This document shows, one piece after another, positions 10,713-21,500 of a stretch of 64,000 nucleotides of DNA. Below the pieces are notes generated by a model. The model was given only the letters and a program-made list of their open reading frames with translations, was not told the DNA's origin and searched no databases. The stretch lies in NCBI GenBank assembly GCA_963668315.1, contig OY764216.1, positions 3,904,001 to 3,968,000 of the forward strand. Reading direction: 5' to 3'. A program made the position numbers and the translations under genes. The stretch is from Spirochaetia bacterium. GTDB taxonomy: Bacteria; Spirochaetota; Spirochaetia; DSM-2461. How positions within the stretch are numbered: the first letter of the stretch is position 1; each line of letters begins with the position of its first letter.

Positions 10713-11351
10713 CTAACTCCTTTCTCTGCCGTCTATGGCTTTCACATACAGATCGATCTGGCAATTCACCATATCCAGAAAGGATAATTCATACTCCTTT
10801 TCCAGTATCTCCCCCCTCACGGCTGCCTTCTGAGCGGCACCCCAGAGCAAGGTCGTCACGGTGGAAACGAAGAGCCCCGGGTCATGGTCAAGCCGAATGG
10901 ACCGGTCCTCCCTCCCCCGGGTGACAAGGGCCAGAAGCAGGGCTTCTGTCTCATGGGCGATCCCCCTGAACTCATCGGTCTGATCCCCGTCAAAGGAGAT
11001 TTTTCCCCCATCGCTATAAAAATAATCGAATTCGTCGAGAAAGCGGACCATCTCCTTTTGGGAAGTCATATAATCGACCAGCCCCCTGAGAAAGGCTTCA
11101 AATCGTTCCAGCCCTCCTCCCTCCAGCCGGTCGAACAGCTCTCTCTGGAAGGCATTGATCTCCCTTAATTTCTCATTTACAAGATCCAGAAGCAGATCTT
11201 CCTTCCGGGGATAGTAGCGGTAGAGGGTTCTCCTGTGATATCCGGAAGCCGCAGCCAGATCCTCCATGGATGTGGACCCGATACCTTCACTCATAAAAAA
11301 AAGAGAACTGACTTCTTTAATCCTTTTTCTTGTTTCATCTGCCTTACCCAT
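10713..11351 (-). CDS. TetR/AcrR family regulator
   Basis: HTH segment TSMEDLAAASGYHRRTLYRYYPRKEDL; heads the GH1-GPH operon. Confidence 0.9.
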   Translation of the reverse strand: MGKADETRKRIKEVSSLFFMSEGIGSTSMEDLAAASGYHRRTLYRYYPRKEDLLLDLVNEKLREINAFQRELFDRLEGGGLERFEAFLRGLVDYMTSQKEMVRFLDEFDYFYSDGGKISFDGDQTDEFRGIAHETEALLLALVTRGREDRSIRLDHDPGLFVSTVTTLLWGAAQKAAVRGEILEKEYELSFLDMVNCQIDLYVKAIDGRERS

Positions 11352-11375
11352 CGAACCGTTCTCCTCTGAACATTT

Positions 11376-11394
11376 ATGCCACACTATGTGACAT
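11376..11394. promoter_or_regulatory. Probable TetR operator palindrome
   Basis: ATGCCACA-CTA-TGTGACAT (8-bp arms, 1 mismatch), 25 bp upstream of tetR. Confidence 0.55.
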
Positions 11395-11492
11395 TTTATC
11401 ATGAAATTCGAATCAAGGGAAAAAAAATGACTTTTTATGACTGTTTCTCAAAAAGAATTCATTCGGAAGGCCCGGATATGATAGGATGGATT

Positions 11493-12107
11493 ATGACAAA
11501 TTCCTTTGATAAAAATGCTCCCTTCTGGGATAGGAACACCTACAGGGTTGAACGGGCCGGGATCGTGGCACAGGCGATTGAAGAGAAGATTCCCCTCTCT
11601 GAAAAGATGGAGGCACTGGATTTCGGATGCGGCACCGGTCTATTAGGGTTCAGCCTGATTAAAAAGCTCGGCACCATGACGTTCTGGGATACTTCGGAGG
11701 GCATGATCAATGAGGTGAAATCAAAAGCCGGGCCCTACGGGGACAGGGTCATAGCCCGCCCCTGTGACATTTTTTCACAAACAGGGGATGATCGTTTCGA
11801 TCTCATTGTCACCCTCATGACCCTCCACCATATCCCCGATGCGGACGGAGCCGTTCTCAGGCTGGCGGATCATCTGAAGAGCGGAGGCTTCCTCTGCCTC
11901 TCCGATCTGGACGAAGAGGACGGATCGTTCCATGGCCATGACCCGGAAATCCCTTATAACGGATTTGATGTGAAGAGATTTGAAAACCTGCTTGCCTCCC
12001 GGGGACTTGAGAAGATCTCCACCTCCCACCCCTTTGTTAACGAAAGGGAAGTGGAAGGAGAGATGCGGGGCTATCCGATCTTTCTGACCATCTACCGAAA
12101 GGCCTAA
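11493..12107 (+). CDS. Class I SAM-dependent methyltransferase
   Basis: LDFGCGTG, FDLIVTLMTLHHI and DLDEEDGSFH motifs. Confidence 0.9.
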   Translation: MTNSFDKNAPFWDRNTYRVERAGIVAQAIEEKIPLSEKMEALDFGCGTGLLGFSLIKKLGTMTFWDTSEGMINEVKSKAGPYGDRVIARPCDIFSQTGDDRFDLIVTLMTLHHIPDADGAVLRLADHLKSGGFLCLSDLDEEDGSFHGHDPEIPYNGFDVKRFENLLASRGLEKISTSHPFVNEREVEGEMRGYPIFLTIYRKA

Positions 12108-15100
12108 TTATCTTCCCTATCAGCCCGGGCCCGTTCCTTCGTGTTGATAATCAGCATCTGGAGTCTGTTTTCCACATTGGCGAAGCTGGTATCCGGATCG
12201 TAATCGAGGGCCAGCACCTGGATGTGGGGCGCCTCTTTTTTGATGGCCTTGACCAGTCCCCGGCCCGTCACATGGTTGGGGAGGCATCCGAAGGGCTGCA
12301 GGATGAGGAAAGAGTTGACCCCGTGCTCGGCGTTATGGAGGATTTCCCCGGCGATCATCCACCCCTCGCCGGAAGTGAAGGTCTTGTCGATGATGTGCTG
12401 GGAACGCTGGGCGATCTCCTTGAGCTCGGGCTTGTCCTCCCACAGGGGATGTCGGGCGGCGATGCGGGTCACCTTGCGGATAACGTGGCTCACGTATTTT
12501 TCCGTAGTCTTCGTGAGGAATAGTTTGACCGCCGGGACGGAAACATGGTATTCGGCGCTCTGATCCATCTCCAGAAGGTACTCCCGGTGGATGCTGTAGA
12601 AGAGGTTGGGCATGATCACTTCCAGGCCGTTCTGCTCCAGGTAATCCTCGATGTAGTTGTTGGAGCCGGGATGGAAGTTCAGCAGGAACTCGCCGATCAT
12701 GAAAACCCGGGGCTTTCGGGCGCTGCGGTCGTAATCCATCTCCATCAGGCGGGTCACGCCCTTCTCGTAAGCCTTGATCGCTGTGGGCAGAGACCTGTCG
12801 AAGCCGTCGCACATGGCCAGTACGGTCTCCTCGAAGATACGGTTCGTCTCTCCCGGAACCTTCTCGTAGGGACGGATTTTACGCCTCAGGTCTTCCAGGG
12901 CGTCGTTCATGCAGAGTCCCCAGAGCATTCTCAGCTCAAAGAGGGGATTCAGGGAGAAGCCGGGGTGGAGATTCTTGTAGTCCGTATCCAGAGTGGTGAG
13001 CAGAGTATTGCCGTACCCCGCATCGTCCAGGGCCTGACGGGCCATCATGGCGTAATGGGCCAGACGGCAGTCACACTGGTCCTTTGCCAGGATCAGAACG
13101 CAGTCTTCCGGATCGTACTCCTCCGACTCCAGCAGGGCCAGAAACTCTCCGATATTGATCTGGGCGGGGAAGCACATGTCGTTGTGGACATACTTCTTTC
13201 CCAGAGCGATGGCCCGTTCACCCGCCAGGGGAAGGGGCTTCACGTTGTAGCCCTGTCCGCGGATGGCGGCGGTTCCCACCTGGGCGAAGGCCCAGGAGAC
13301 GTTGGGGACGAAAATGGTCTTTTTCCGGTCCTTCTTCTCGTAGGGCTTGTCGTAGGGCTTCACTTCCTGAATTTCCTGGACCACACCGGTCTCCCGGCGG
13401 GTCCGTACCGTCTCTATAAAGGATTTCACCCGAATGTTCAGGGGGCCGGTGACGTCGCTCTCGTCCATTTTCAACGAGAGGGGGCTCTTGCCGGCGGCCT
13501 GGGAGAGGATACGGTTCAGCTCATCGGTGATGACCGCATCGTGGCCGCATCCGAAGCTGACGATCTGCACGTACTCCAGACGGGGATCGTTAATCACCTT
13601 CTGGGCGGCGGCGAACATTCTCACATGGTAGTTCACCGTCAGCTCCGCCCGGACCGAATCGAGCCTTGTCTCATGGAGACCGGGCAGGGCGTCCAGGGGC
13701 AGGACGGGAATGTTATCCCGGGTAAAGTAGTCGGAGAGGTTGTGGTTGATCAGGGGATCGGAGTGGTAGGGACGGCCCGCCATGACTATGGCGAACTCCC
13801 CTTCCCCGAGGGAATCGAGGAGCTTCTGCCCCTCCTCTTCCAGAATCCGGTGGAACTCGGCGAGGGCCCGGTCCCCCTGATCGATGGCGTCCCGGACGGT
13901 CTCCTCGGGCAGGCCGAAGGTACCGTTGAAGAAGGCCACGATGGAGTCGATGCGGGCCTTTTTATCCACCCAGTGAAAGACGGGCGTATCAAAGGGAATA
14001 CCGTGCTTCTCCTCCGGCTCCTGGCTGGCCTGGAGCACCATGGGGTACCCCTTGAGAACGGCGCAGGCGTGCTGGCTGGTGGGCACATATTTGTTTTCCG
14101 GCACCATGCGGTTCATAATGGGCATGAAGATGCGGTCCACCTTCTTTTCGATCAGATCGTTCAGATGGCCGTGGGACAGCTTGGCGGGAAAACAGACCGT
14201 ATCGGAGGGAACCGATGAAAGGCCGTCCTCGAACATCTTCCGGGTTGAACGGGCCGAGAGCTGCACATTGAAACCCAGGGCCGTGAATATGGTATTCCAG
14301 AAGGGGTAGCTTTCCCAGAAGTCGAGGCTCCGGGGAAAACCGATGGTAATATCCTTCTTGGGGGAAATGACCTGTACGGGGTAATCTTTCAGGAGGTAGC
14401 CCTCCCGCGCCTTGAAGAGGTCACGGTTCTGCTTCTTGTCCTTATTCAGTTCCTTCAGCTTCTTCCGGGTTTCCTCGTCCTTCACATCACCCAGTATCTC
14501 TCCTCTCTCGCAGCGGTTGCCGGTGATATGGCTCTCCCCGTTGGAGAAAAGGATACGGGTTCTGTTGCAGTTGTTGGAACAGAAGGGGCAGACAAGACCG
14601 GTCTCCCGTTCATAGGAGAAGTTTTCCAGCTCATTCCAGTCAAGAAAGCGGCTCTCTCCGGTCAGGGAGGATTTTCTCTTCGTCAGCAGGGCGATGCCGA
14701 TGGCACCCATCTCTCCCGGATAGGGAGCACGGACAACTTCCCGGTCGGTAAATCTCTCCAGAGCCCGCAGAACGGCGTCGTTGCGGAAGGTCCCCCCCTG
14801 TACGACGATCCGGTCTCCCAGGGATTTCATGTTGGAGAGGCGGATGACCTTGGTGAAGACGTTCTCCACGATGGAGTTGCAGAGCCCGGCCATGATATCC
14901 GACGGGGTCTTTCCGTTTTTCTGTTCGGTGATGATGGAGGAGTTCATGAAAACCGTACAGCGCGATCCCAGGACCGAAGGGCTTTTCGATTGGAACGCCA
15001 TGGAGGCGATCTCCCCCACGGGAATGTTCAGGGAATCGGCGAAGTTTTCCAGGAAGGATCCGCATCCGGCGGAACAGGCCTCGTTCAGGGTGATTCCCGT

Positions 15101-16474
15101 GACGATCCCCTCTCCCAGGAAAATAGCTTTCATGTCCTGCCCGCCTATGTCCAGGATGAAGGAGGCGCCGGGGGCATATTTCAGAGCCGCTTCGGTATGG
15201 GCGACGGTCTCCACCGAGTGGTAGTCCCCCCGGAAGGCCTTATTGAAAAGCAGTTCCCCGTAGCCGGTGGTACCCATGCCTTTGATGTTCAGGGTAATAC
15301 CCAGAGAGTCGGCTTTTTTCTTCAGGTCGAGCAGGGCGTTTTTCACGACGATAAGCGGTTCGCCGTGGTTCTTTCCGTAGTAGGAGTAAACCAGCTCTTC
15401 ACGGTCATCGAGCAGTACAAATTTACTGGTGGTCGATCCGGCGTCGATTCCCAGCCAGACATCCAGGGTCTTTCCCGCGTAATCCTCGAACCGGGGAACG
15501 GGGGGCAGTTTGTGCCTCTCGGCAAAGGCTTCCTCTTCTTCCCTGCCGGAAAAATAGGCCTCGGCCAGCTCGCTCCCGATTCCCTTGTCCGGATGGGTGA
15601 AAGCCGTATGGTCAAGAAAATCCTTCAGATCCACATCGGGGGCATCGGCGAACATGGCGGGAATCCCCAGGGCGGCGCCGTAGGCGATCATGACCTGGGG
15701 ATTGTCGGGGATAATCACCTGATCGGCCCGCAGATTGAGTCTTTCGGCGAACACCTTTACCAGCCGGGGGTTAAAGTGGAGAGGTCCTCCCTCAAAAATA
15801 ACCGGAGGATGGATTTCCAATCCCTGGGCCAGTCCTCCTATGGTCTGCTTGGCAATGGCGTGGTAACAGGAGAGGGCCAGATCCTCCTTGCCGATACCCG
15901 CGTTCAGAAGGGGCTGGATATCGGTCTTGGCAAAAACACCGCACCGGCCGGATATGTCGTAGACCGTATTTCCCGCTTCGGCATATTGGTTCAGCTCTTC
16001 GATGGGAAGCTTCAGGATGCCGGCGACTTCGTCCAGGAAGGCTCCCGTTCCGCCGGCGCAGCTGCCGTTCATTCTCATGTCCGAGGCGATCAGCTGGCCG
16101 CTCTTCTCATCCTTGTGGAAGAAAGTGACCTTGGCGTCCTGACCGCCCAGTTCCACGGCGACCCGGGTGTCGGGATAAAACTCGCGCACCGCCAGGGAAT
16201 TGGCCACCACTTCCTGAATATAGGACGCGCCTAGCTCACCGGCCAGCTCCCGGGAACCGGAACCGCAGAAAACGGGAATCACCCTTATGGCGGGGAATTT
16301 TTCCAGAATATCCTGCAGAAGACCGTGGGCGGCCTCTCTCTGCTCGGCGCCGTGGCGGCGGTAATCGTGATAAATCAGCTCTTTTTTACTGTCCACCAGA
16401 GCCGCTTTGACCGTGGTGGATCCGATATCTATACCTAACCAGTAGGGACAATTCTCAATTTTACTAGTACTCAT
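12104..16474 (-). CDS. Fused 2-hydroxyacyl-CoA dehydratase activase-related protein (two ASKHA ATPase domains plus DUF2229-like and dehydratase-like regions)
   Basis: GIDIGSTTVK and GIDAGSTTSK, ELGGQD and DIGGQD, CAGGTG and CSAGCG, SDTVCFPAK, SFGCG and QPFGCLPNH motifs. Confidence 0.9.
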   Translation of the reverse strand: MSTSKIENCPYWLGIDIGSTTVKAALVDSKKELIYHDYRRHGAEQREAAHGLLQDILEKFPAIRVIPVFCGSGSRELAGELGASYIQEVVANSLAVREFYPDTRVAVELGGQDAKVTFFHKDEKSGQLIASDMRMNGSCAGGTGAFLDEVAGILKLPIEELNQYAEAGNTVYDISGRCGVFAKTDIQPLLNAGIGKEDLALSCYHAIAKQTIGGLAQGLEIHPPVIFEGGPLHFNPRLVKVFAERLNLRADQVIIPDNPQVMIAYGAALGIPAMFADAPDVDLKDFLDHTAFTHPDKGIGSELAEAYFSGREEEEAFAERHKLPPVPRFEDYAGKTLDVWLGIDAGSTTSKFVLLDDREELVYSYYGKNHGEPLIVVKNALLDLKKKADSLGITLNIKGMGTTGYGELLFNKAFRGDYHSVETVAHTEAALKYAPGASFILDIGGQDMKAIFLGEGIVTGITLNEACSAGCGSFLENFADSLNIPVGEIASMAFQSKSPSVLGSRCTVFMNSSIITEQKNGKTPSDIMAGLCNSIVENVFTKVIRLSNMKSLGDRIVVQGGTFRNDAVLRALERFTDREVVRAPYPGEMGAIGIALLTKRKSSLTGESRFLDWNELENFSYERETGLVCPFCSNNCNRTRILFSNGESHITGNRCERGEILGDVKDEETRKKLKELNKDKKQNRDLFKAREGYLLKDYPVQVISPKKDITIGFPRSLDFWESYPFWNTIFTALGFNVQLSARSTRKMFEDGLSSVPSDTVCFPAKLSHGHLNDLIEKKVDRIFMPIMNRMVPENKYVPTSQHACAVLKGYPMVLQASQEPEEKHGIPFDTPVFHWVDKKARIDSIVAFFNGTFGLPEETVRDAIDQGDRALAEFHRILEEEGQKLLDSLGEGEFAIVMAGRPYHSDPLINHNLSDYFTRDNIPVLPLDALPGLHETRLDSVRAELTVNYHVRMFAAAQKVINDPRLEYVQIVSFGCGHDAVITDELNRILSQAAGKSPLSLKMDESDVTGPLNIRVKSFIETVRTRRETGVVQEIQEVKPYDKPYEKKDRKKTIFVPNVSWAFAQVGTAAIRGQGYNVKPLPLAGERAIALGKKYVHNDMCFPAQINIGEFLALLESEEYDPEDCVLILAKDQCDCRLAHYAMMARQALDDAGYGNTLLTTLDTDYKNLHPGFSLNPLFELRMLWGLCMNDALEDLRRKIRPYEKVPGETNRIFEETVLAMCDGFDRSLPTAIKAYEKGVTRLMEMDYDRSARKPRVFMIGEFLLNFHPGSNNYIEDYLEQNGLEVIMPNLFYSIHREYLLEMDQSAEYHVSVPAVKLFLTKTTEKYVSHVIRKVTRIAARHPLWEDKPELKEIAQRSQHIIDKTFTSGEGWMIAGEILHNAEHGVNSFLILQPFGCLPNHVTGRGLVKAIKKEAPHIQVLALDYDPDTSFANVENRLQMLIINTKERARADREDN

Positions 16475-16579
16475 CGGGATTATATTAAAACTTTTTGCCC
16501 CTTTATTCCATAGTATGAAAAAAAGATGCCCCTATCTTTGCATTTCTCCTTTTTTTATATGTAAAATATAAATTAAGAC

Positions 16580-18532
16580 ATGGAAAACAAAAAAAGCCTT
16601 CTGGGAACGGTCTGGCTGATAACGTCCATCTTTTTTTTCCTCCTCGCCGCCCTTATTTTTCTTTCGGAAATAAGCTTCCATAAAAGAAATTTCCAGGAGA
16701 ATATTGTAAAAGCCGAAGAATCCTATTACCGGGAACAAAGAGAGAATCTGAAGAACGAGGTCAACCGCATTCTATTACGGGTGGAGTTTCAGAAATCCGC
16801 GGTGAGCCGTCTGACTAAGGAGCAAGTGAAGTCAAGATCCCTGGAAGGTTACGGGCTGACCCTGGACCTTTACGAAAAGGGAAACCACTGCTTCTCACAG
16901 GAGGATTTACAGAGGGAAATCCTTACCTCCCTCCGGGGGTTGAGCTATTTTGACGGGGCGGGCTATTACTTTGTCATAGGGACCGACGGAATCATTCTCA
17001 TGAACAAGAGTGCACCGGAGAAGGAAAACCGGGCCGTCTCCTCCCTGGAAGACAGGGAGAGGGAGGTGCTGCAAGGGCTGCTTTCCCACGCCCGGCAGAA
17101 CGGATCGGACTATTATTCCTACGAATGGTACGAACCGGATAATCCCGAAATATGGCTGAAAAAACTGGTATACTACAAAGTCTTCGAGCCCTATGGCTGG
17201 ATAATCGGCACCGGACTTTTTGAAGAAGACATATCAAGAAGCCTTCAGAAGGGCCTCCTCAATTCCATCGACTACGTTTTTTCCGATAAACCTGACCATA
17301 TTTTTATCGGGGATACGAAGGGCAATATGCTTCTCGGCTCCCACAGGGGGGTAAATTATCTGGAAAGCGGGGACAGGGATAAGATAAAGCTCTACGAAGA
17401 TATTCTCGCCACCGCACAAGAGGGGGGTTTTCTTGAATACCAGATACCCCACAGCCTGAATGATAACGGAAGAAGGCTCAGCTATATAGGAAAAGTAGAA
17501 GGCTGGAACTGGTTTATCGGCACCGTCATCTCCACCAATGAACTGGAAAGGGAGATCAACCTCATCAGTATGGATTCCCAAAGAGAGCTCAGACGGGAAC
17601 TGGCCCATCTGAGCCTGATTGTCCTGATTCTTTTTGTAATTCTTATTCTCTTCTTCACCATCATTAAGAAATTTTTCAATCAGGATCTGTATTACTTCTC
17701 CCGTTTTTTCAAGCAGGCCTCAACAGAAAACATTCCCATTCAGAAGGAAAAGATCCGGTTCCGGGAGTTTTACGATCTGAGCGATTACGCCAACAAGATG
17801 GTTGAAGAAAAAAAACGGGGAGACAGGGAAAAACAGAGGCGGAGAAATCTGGAATCACTGAGTTTCCTGGCAGCAGGAATCGCCCACGATTTCAATAACG
17901 CTCTCATGGGAATATTCGGGAATGTGGAACTGGCCCAGCGCTGCGTCGAAACGGAGGAAGATCCCCTTCCTTTCCTGGATAGAGCTCTGGAAGCCATGGA
18001 GTACACCCGCAGAATCACCGCCCGGCTCCTGACATTCGCCGAAGGGGGCCACCCCTCCTTCCGGAAGATTTCCCTGAAGAGTTTGATTGATACAACCGTG
18101 GAACAGTGGATGGAAGAGGAGTCCCGCCCGCCGGTGATAAGGGAAATCCCCGAAGGGACGACGATCCAGGGAGATGCCAATCAGCTGAATCTCGCCTTCT
18201 CCTTTCTCCTCGCCAACGCCTTTGAAGCGGCGGAACCCCGGAGCGCCATAACCATTCATGCAGAAAAAATGATTCTTACCCGGGCCTTCCCTCCCCGCCT
18301 GTCAGGCCATTACGTGCGGATAGATATCATTGACCGGGGAGAAGGAATGGACGAGGAAACCCTGGAAAAAGTATTCGATCCCTACTTTTCCACGAAGCGG
18401 ACAGGACGGGGCCTCGGCATCCCCACCGTCTTCAGCATCATCAAGCACCACAGGGGCTATACGGATATCCGTTCTGAAACGGGTAAGGGAACCACCGTCT
18501 CCCTCTATATTCCCGAGGGAGAAGACAGTTAA
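16580..18532 (+). CDS. Cache-domain membrane sensor histidine kinase
   Basis: Two TM helices flank tandem Cache-like domains (WIIGTG, WFIGT); GIAHDFNN H-box; DRGEG, FSTK and GRGLG boxes. Confidence 0.9.
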   Translation: MENKKSLLGTVWLITSIFFFLLAALIFLSEISFHKRNFQENIVKAEESYYREQRENLKNEVNRILLRVEFQKSAVSRLTKEQVKSRSLEGYGLTLDLYEKGNHCFSQEDLQREILTSLRGLSYFDGAGYYFVIGTDGIILMNKSAPEKENRAVSSLEDREREVLQGLLSHARQNGSDYYSYEWYEPDNPEIWLKKLVYYKVFEPYGWIIGTGLFEEDISRSLQKGLLNSIDYVFSDKPDHIFIGDTKGNMLLGSHRGVNYLESGDRDKIKLYEDILATAQEGGFLEYQIPHSLNDNGRRLSYIGKVEGWNWFIGTVISTNELEREINLISMDSQRELRRELAHLSLIVLILFVILILFFTIIKKFFNQDLYYFSRFFKQASTENIPIQKEKIRFREFYDLSDYANKMVEEKKRGDREKQRRRNLESLSFLAAGIAHDFNNALMGIFGNVELAQRCVETEEDPLPFLDRALEAMEYTRRITARLLTFAEGGHPSFRKISLKSLIDTTVEQWMEEESRPPVIREIPEGTTIQGDANQLNLAFSFLLANAFEAAEPRSAITIHAEKMILTRAFPPRLSGHYVRIDIIDRGEGMDEETLEKVFDPYFSTKRTGRGLGIPTVFSIIKHHRGYTDIRSETGKGTTVSLYIPEGEDS

Positions 18533-21500
18533 AGAAGCTGATTGAGCCTGTCCCGGATAAACTCCGATTTTTCCTTCAGGCCGATTTTCCCCGTCTCCAG
18601 CATCAGGGCGTCGGGTCTCGCCGGATTCAGCTTGACCGATCCTCCCGCCGAGCCTATCAGGTTCATAAGCTTGTCCACGGATATCTTCGCCACCCGGCTG
18701 AACGTGACCGTGGCGATGCCCTTCCTCTCCTTCAACGAGGAAATCCACAGGCGGCGGCAGATAATGCGGATCTCCGAAAGGGAAAGGAGGCTCTGCAGCT
18801 CGTCGGGCATGGGACCGAAACGGTCGAACAATTCGGCGGTAAAAGATTCCAGCTCCTCTTCGCTTGAGACGGCGGCGATCTTCTTGTACACTTCCATCTT
18901 TTCCGAGGGATCGGTAATGTAGGAATCGGGAACGAAGCCGGAATAGTCCAGCTCCAGGTAGACCTCCGGCGGCTGTTCTTCGTGCTCCTCCCGCTTCTGC
19001 CTCGCCTCGATGGCTTCCGACAGCAGGCGTATGTACATATCGAAACCGACGGCCAGGATCTCTCCGGACTGCTCGCTTCCCAGAAGATTTCCGGCTCCCC
19101 GCACTTCCAGGTCCTTCATGGCGATCTTGAATCCCGAGCCCAGTTCGGTGAAGTCGGAGATGATCTTCAGTCTCTTCATGGCCAGTTCGGTCATGGGCTT
19201 GTCCTTGGGGTAGAGCATATAGGCGTAGGCAAGACGGCCGGATCGTCCGACCCGTCCCCTCAGCTGGTAGAGCTGGCTGATGCCGTACATATCGGCCCGG
19301 TCGATGATAATCGTATTCACGTTGGGAATGTCGATGCCGTTCTCCACGATGGTGGTGGAGACGAGCACCTGGAACGCCCCGTGGATGAACCGGTGCATGA
19401 TGTCTTCCAGAGTCCGGGGCGTCATCTGCCCGTGGGCCATCTCGATCATGACCTCGGGAATCAGCTCCTGCAGAAAAAGGGTCGTCTGCTCCAGGCTCTC
19501 CACCCGATTGTGCAGAAAGAAGACCTGCCCTCCCCTCTCCACCTCGCGGCGGATGGCCCGGGCGACCAGATCGGGCTGGAACTCCTGGATAAAGGTCTCC
19601 ACCGGCTTGCGGTTTGTCGGCGGCGTTTCCAGGAGGGAGAGATCGCGGATCTTCACCAGCGACATATGAAGCGTCCGGGGGATGGGCGTGGCCGACAGGG
19701 TCAGACAGTCGATATCCTGCTTGACCTCCTTGAGCCTCTCCTTGTGCTTGACCCCGAAGCGCTGCTCCTCGTCTATAATGAGCAGGCCCAGCTGCTTGAA
19801 CTTGATATCCTTGGAAAGGGCCCGATGCGTCCCGATGAGAAGATCGATCTCCCCCTTGGCCAGCCCCTCGAGGAGGATCTTCTGCTCCGCCTTGGGAACG
19901 AGGCGGGAGATCATGGCGATTTTTATGGGAAAGCGTTTGAACCGCTCGGTAAAGTTCTCGTAATGCTGCTCGCAGAGAATCGTGGTCGGACAGACCAGAC
20001 AGCACTGGCGGCCCCCGATGACCGATTTGAAGGCGGCCCGCATGGCCACTTCGGTCTTTCCGAAACCCACGTCCCCGCAGAGCAGCCTGTCCATGGGGCG
20101 GGGCCTCTCCATATCCCCCTTGATGGCCTCCACGGCCCTGAGCTGATCGGGGGTCTCCTCATAGGGGAAGGCCGCTTCGAACTCCACCTGGAAGTCGTTA
20201 TCCGCAGGGAAGGCGTAGCCCGAGGACTCCTGGCGGTAGGCGTAGAGCTGAATCAGCCGGTCGGCGATATCCTCGACTTTCCTCTTGACATTATTCCGCT
20301 TCTTTTCCCAGACCGAACCGCCTATCTTGTCGAGCCGGGGACTGGCCCCCTTGCTGCCGATATACCTCTGGACCAGGTTAACCTGCTCGATGGGTATGAA
20401 AACGGTCTCCTCCCCCTGATATTCCAGGGAGATGTAATCCCTCTCGTTTCCCGCCGCCTTGATGCGCTTAATCCCCAGAAAGCGCCCGATACCGTAGTTG
20501 ACATGGACCACGTAGTCACCCGGGTTCAGGTCGACGAAGGAATCGATAACCTGACTCTTTACCGTCTTGACGGACCGGGCGATGCGCTTTTTCCGTCCGA
20601 AGATTTCATTCTCCTGGATACAGACCAGCTTCTCCTCGGGGAGGGAAAATCCGGAGGAGATCGATTCGGAAACGATTTTAACAGGGAATTCCTTGAGAAT
20701 AAAGGAGATACGGTCTGCCTGAGATTCCGATTCGGCGAAGATGTAGATCTGAAATCCCCCCTCGACCAGGGTGGTGAGCTCTTCCTTGAAAAAGTTCATA
20801 TTCCCGAAAAAGGACCGTCCCGCGGTAACCTGGAACTGAATCAGTTCCTCCCGGGAGAGCTCTTCCGGCATGAGGGAGTGGAGCAGCAGGGTCCGCGCCG
20901 GGGGATTTTCCACCAGAGCGAGGGGATCGGCCATAATCCGGTCGGGAGAAGGATAATTCAATCCCTCCGAACGGGCCCTTTTATAGAGTTCCCCGTACTC
21001 CTGATTCAGACCCTGGGCACTGTTCTTCAGCAGCTCCGGATTGATATAATAGACCGCCGATTTCTCTCCGAGATAGTCAAAAATCGTATAATTTTTTTCA
21101 AAACAGAGCGGATAGAAAAGTTCCTCCCCCCTTATTTCTCCCGAAGTGCGCAGTTCTGTGAGAAACTCCTCTCCGTCAAAACCGATCTCCCCCATTTTCT
21201 TTTCCAGCCGGCCTATCAGCTCCTCCTCCCAGAGGACTTCCCGGGCGGGATAGATAGTGGCGCTCTCCCTTTTTCCCACGGAACTCTGATTAAGAGGATC
21301 GAACAGACGGATTTCCTCTACTTCATCAAAATCGATGACGATACGGAGGGCCGCGCTCCTTCCGGGGGAATACACATCAAGCACCTCACCGCGCAGGGCG
21401 AATTCTCCGGCCACACTGACCCGGGGCACCCTCAGATACCCCCAGCGGCTCAGCTCGGCGGCTATCTCCTCGGGATCTATAGACTGGCCTGTCTTTATAT

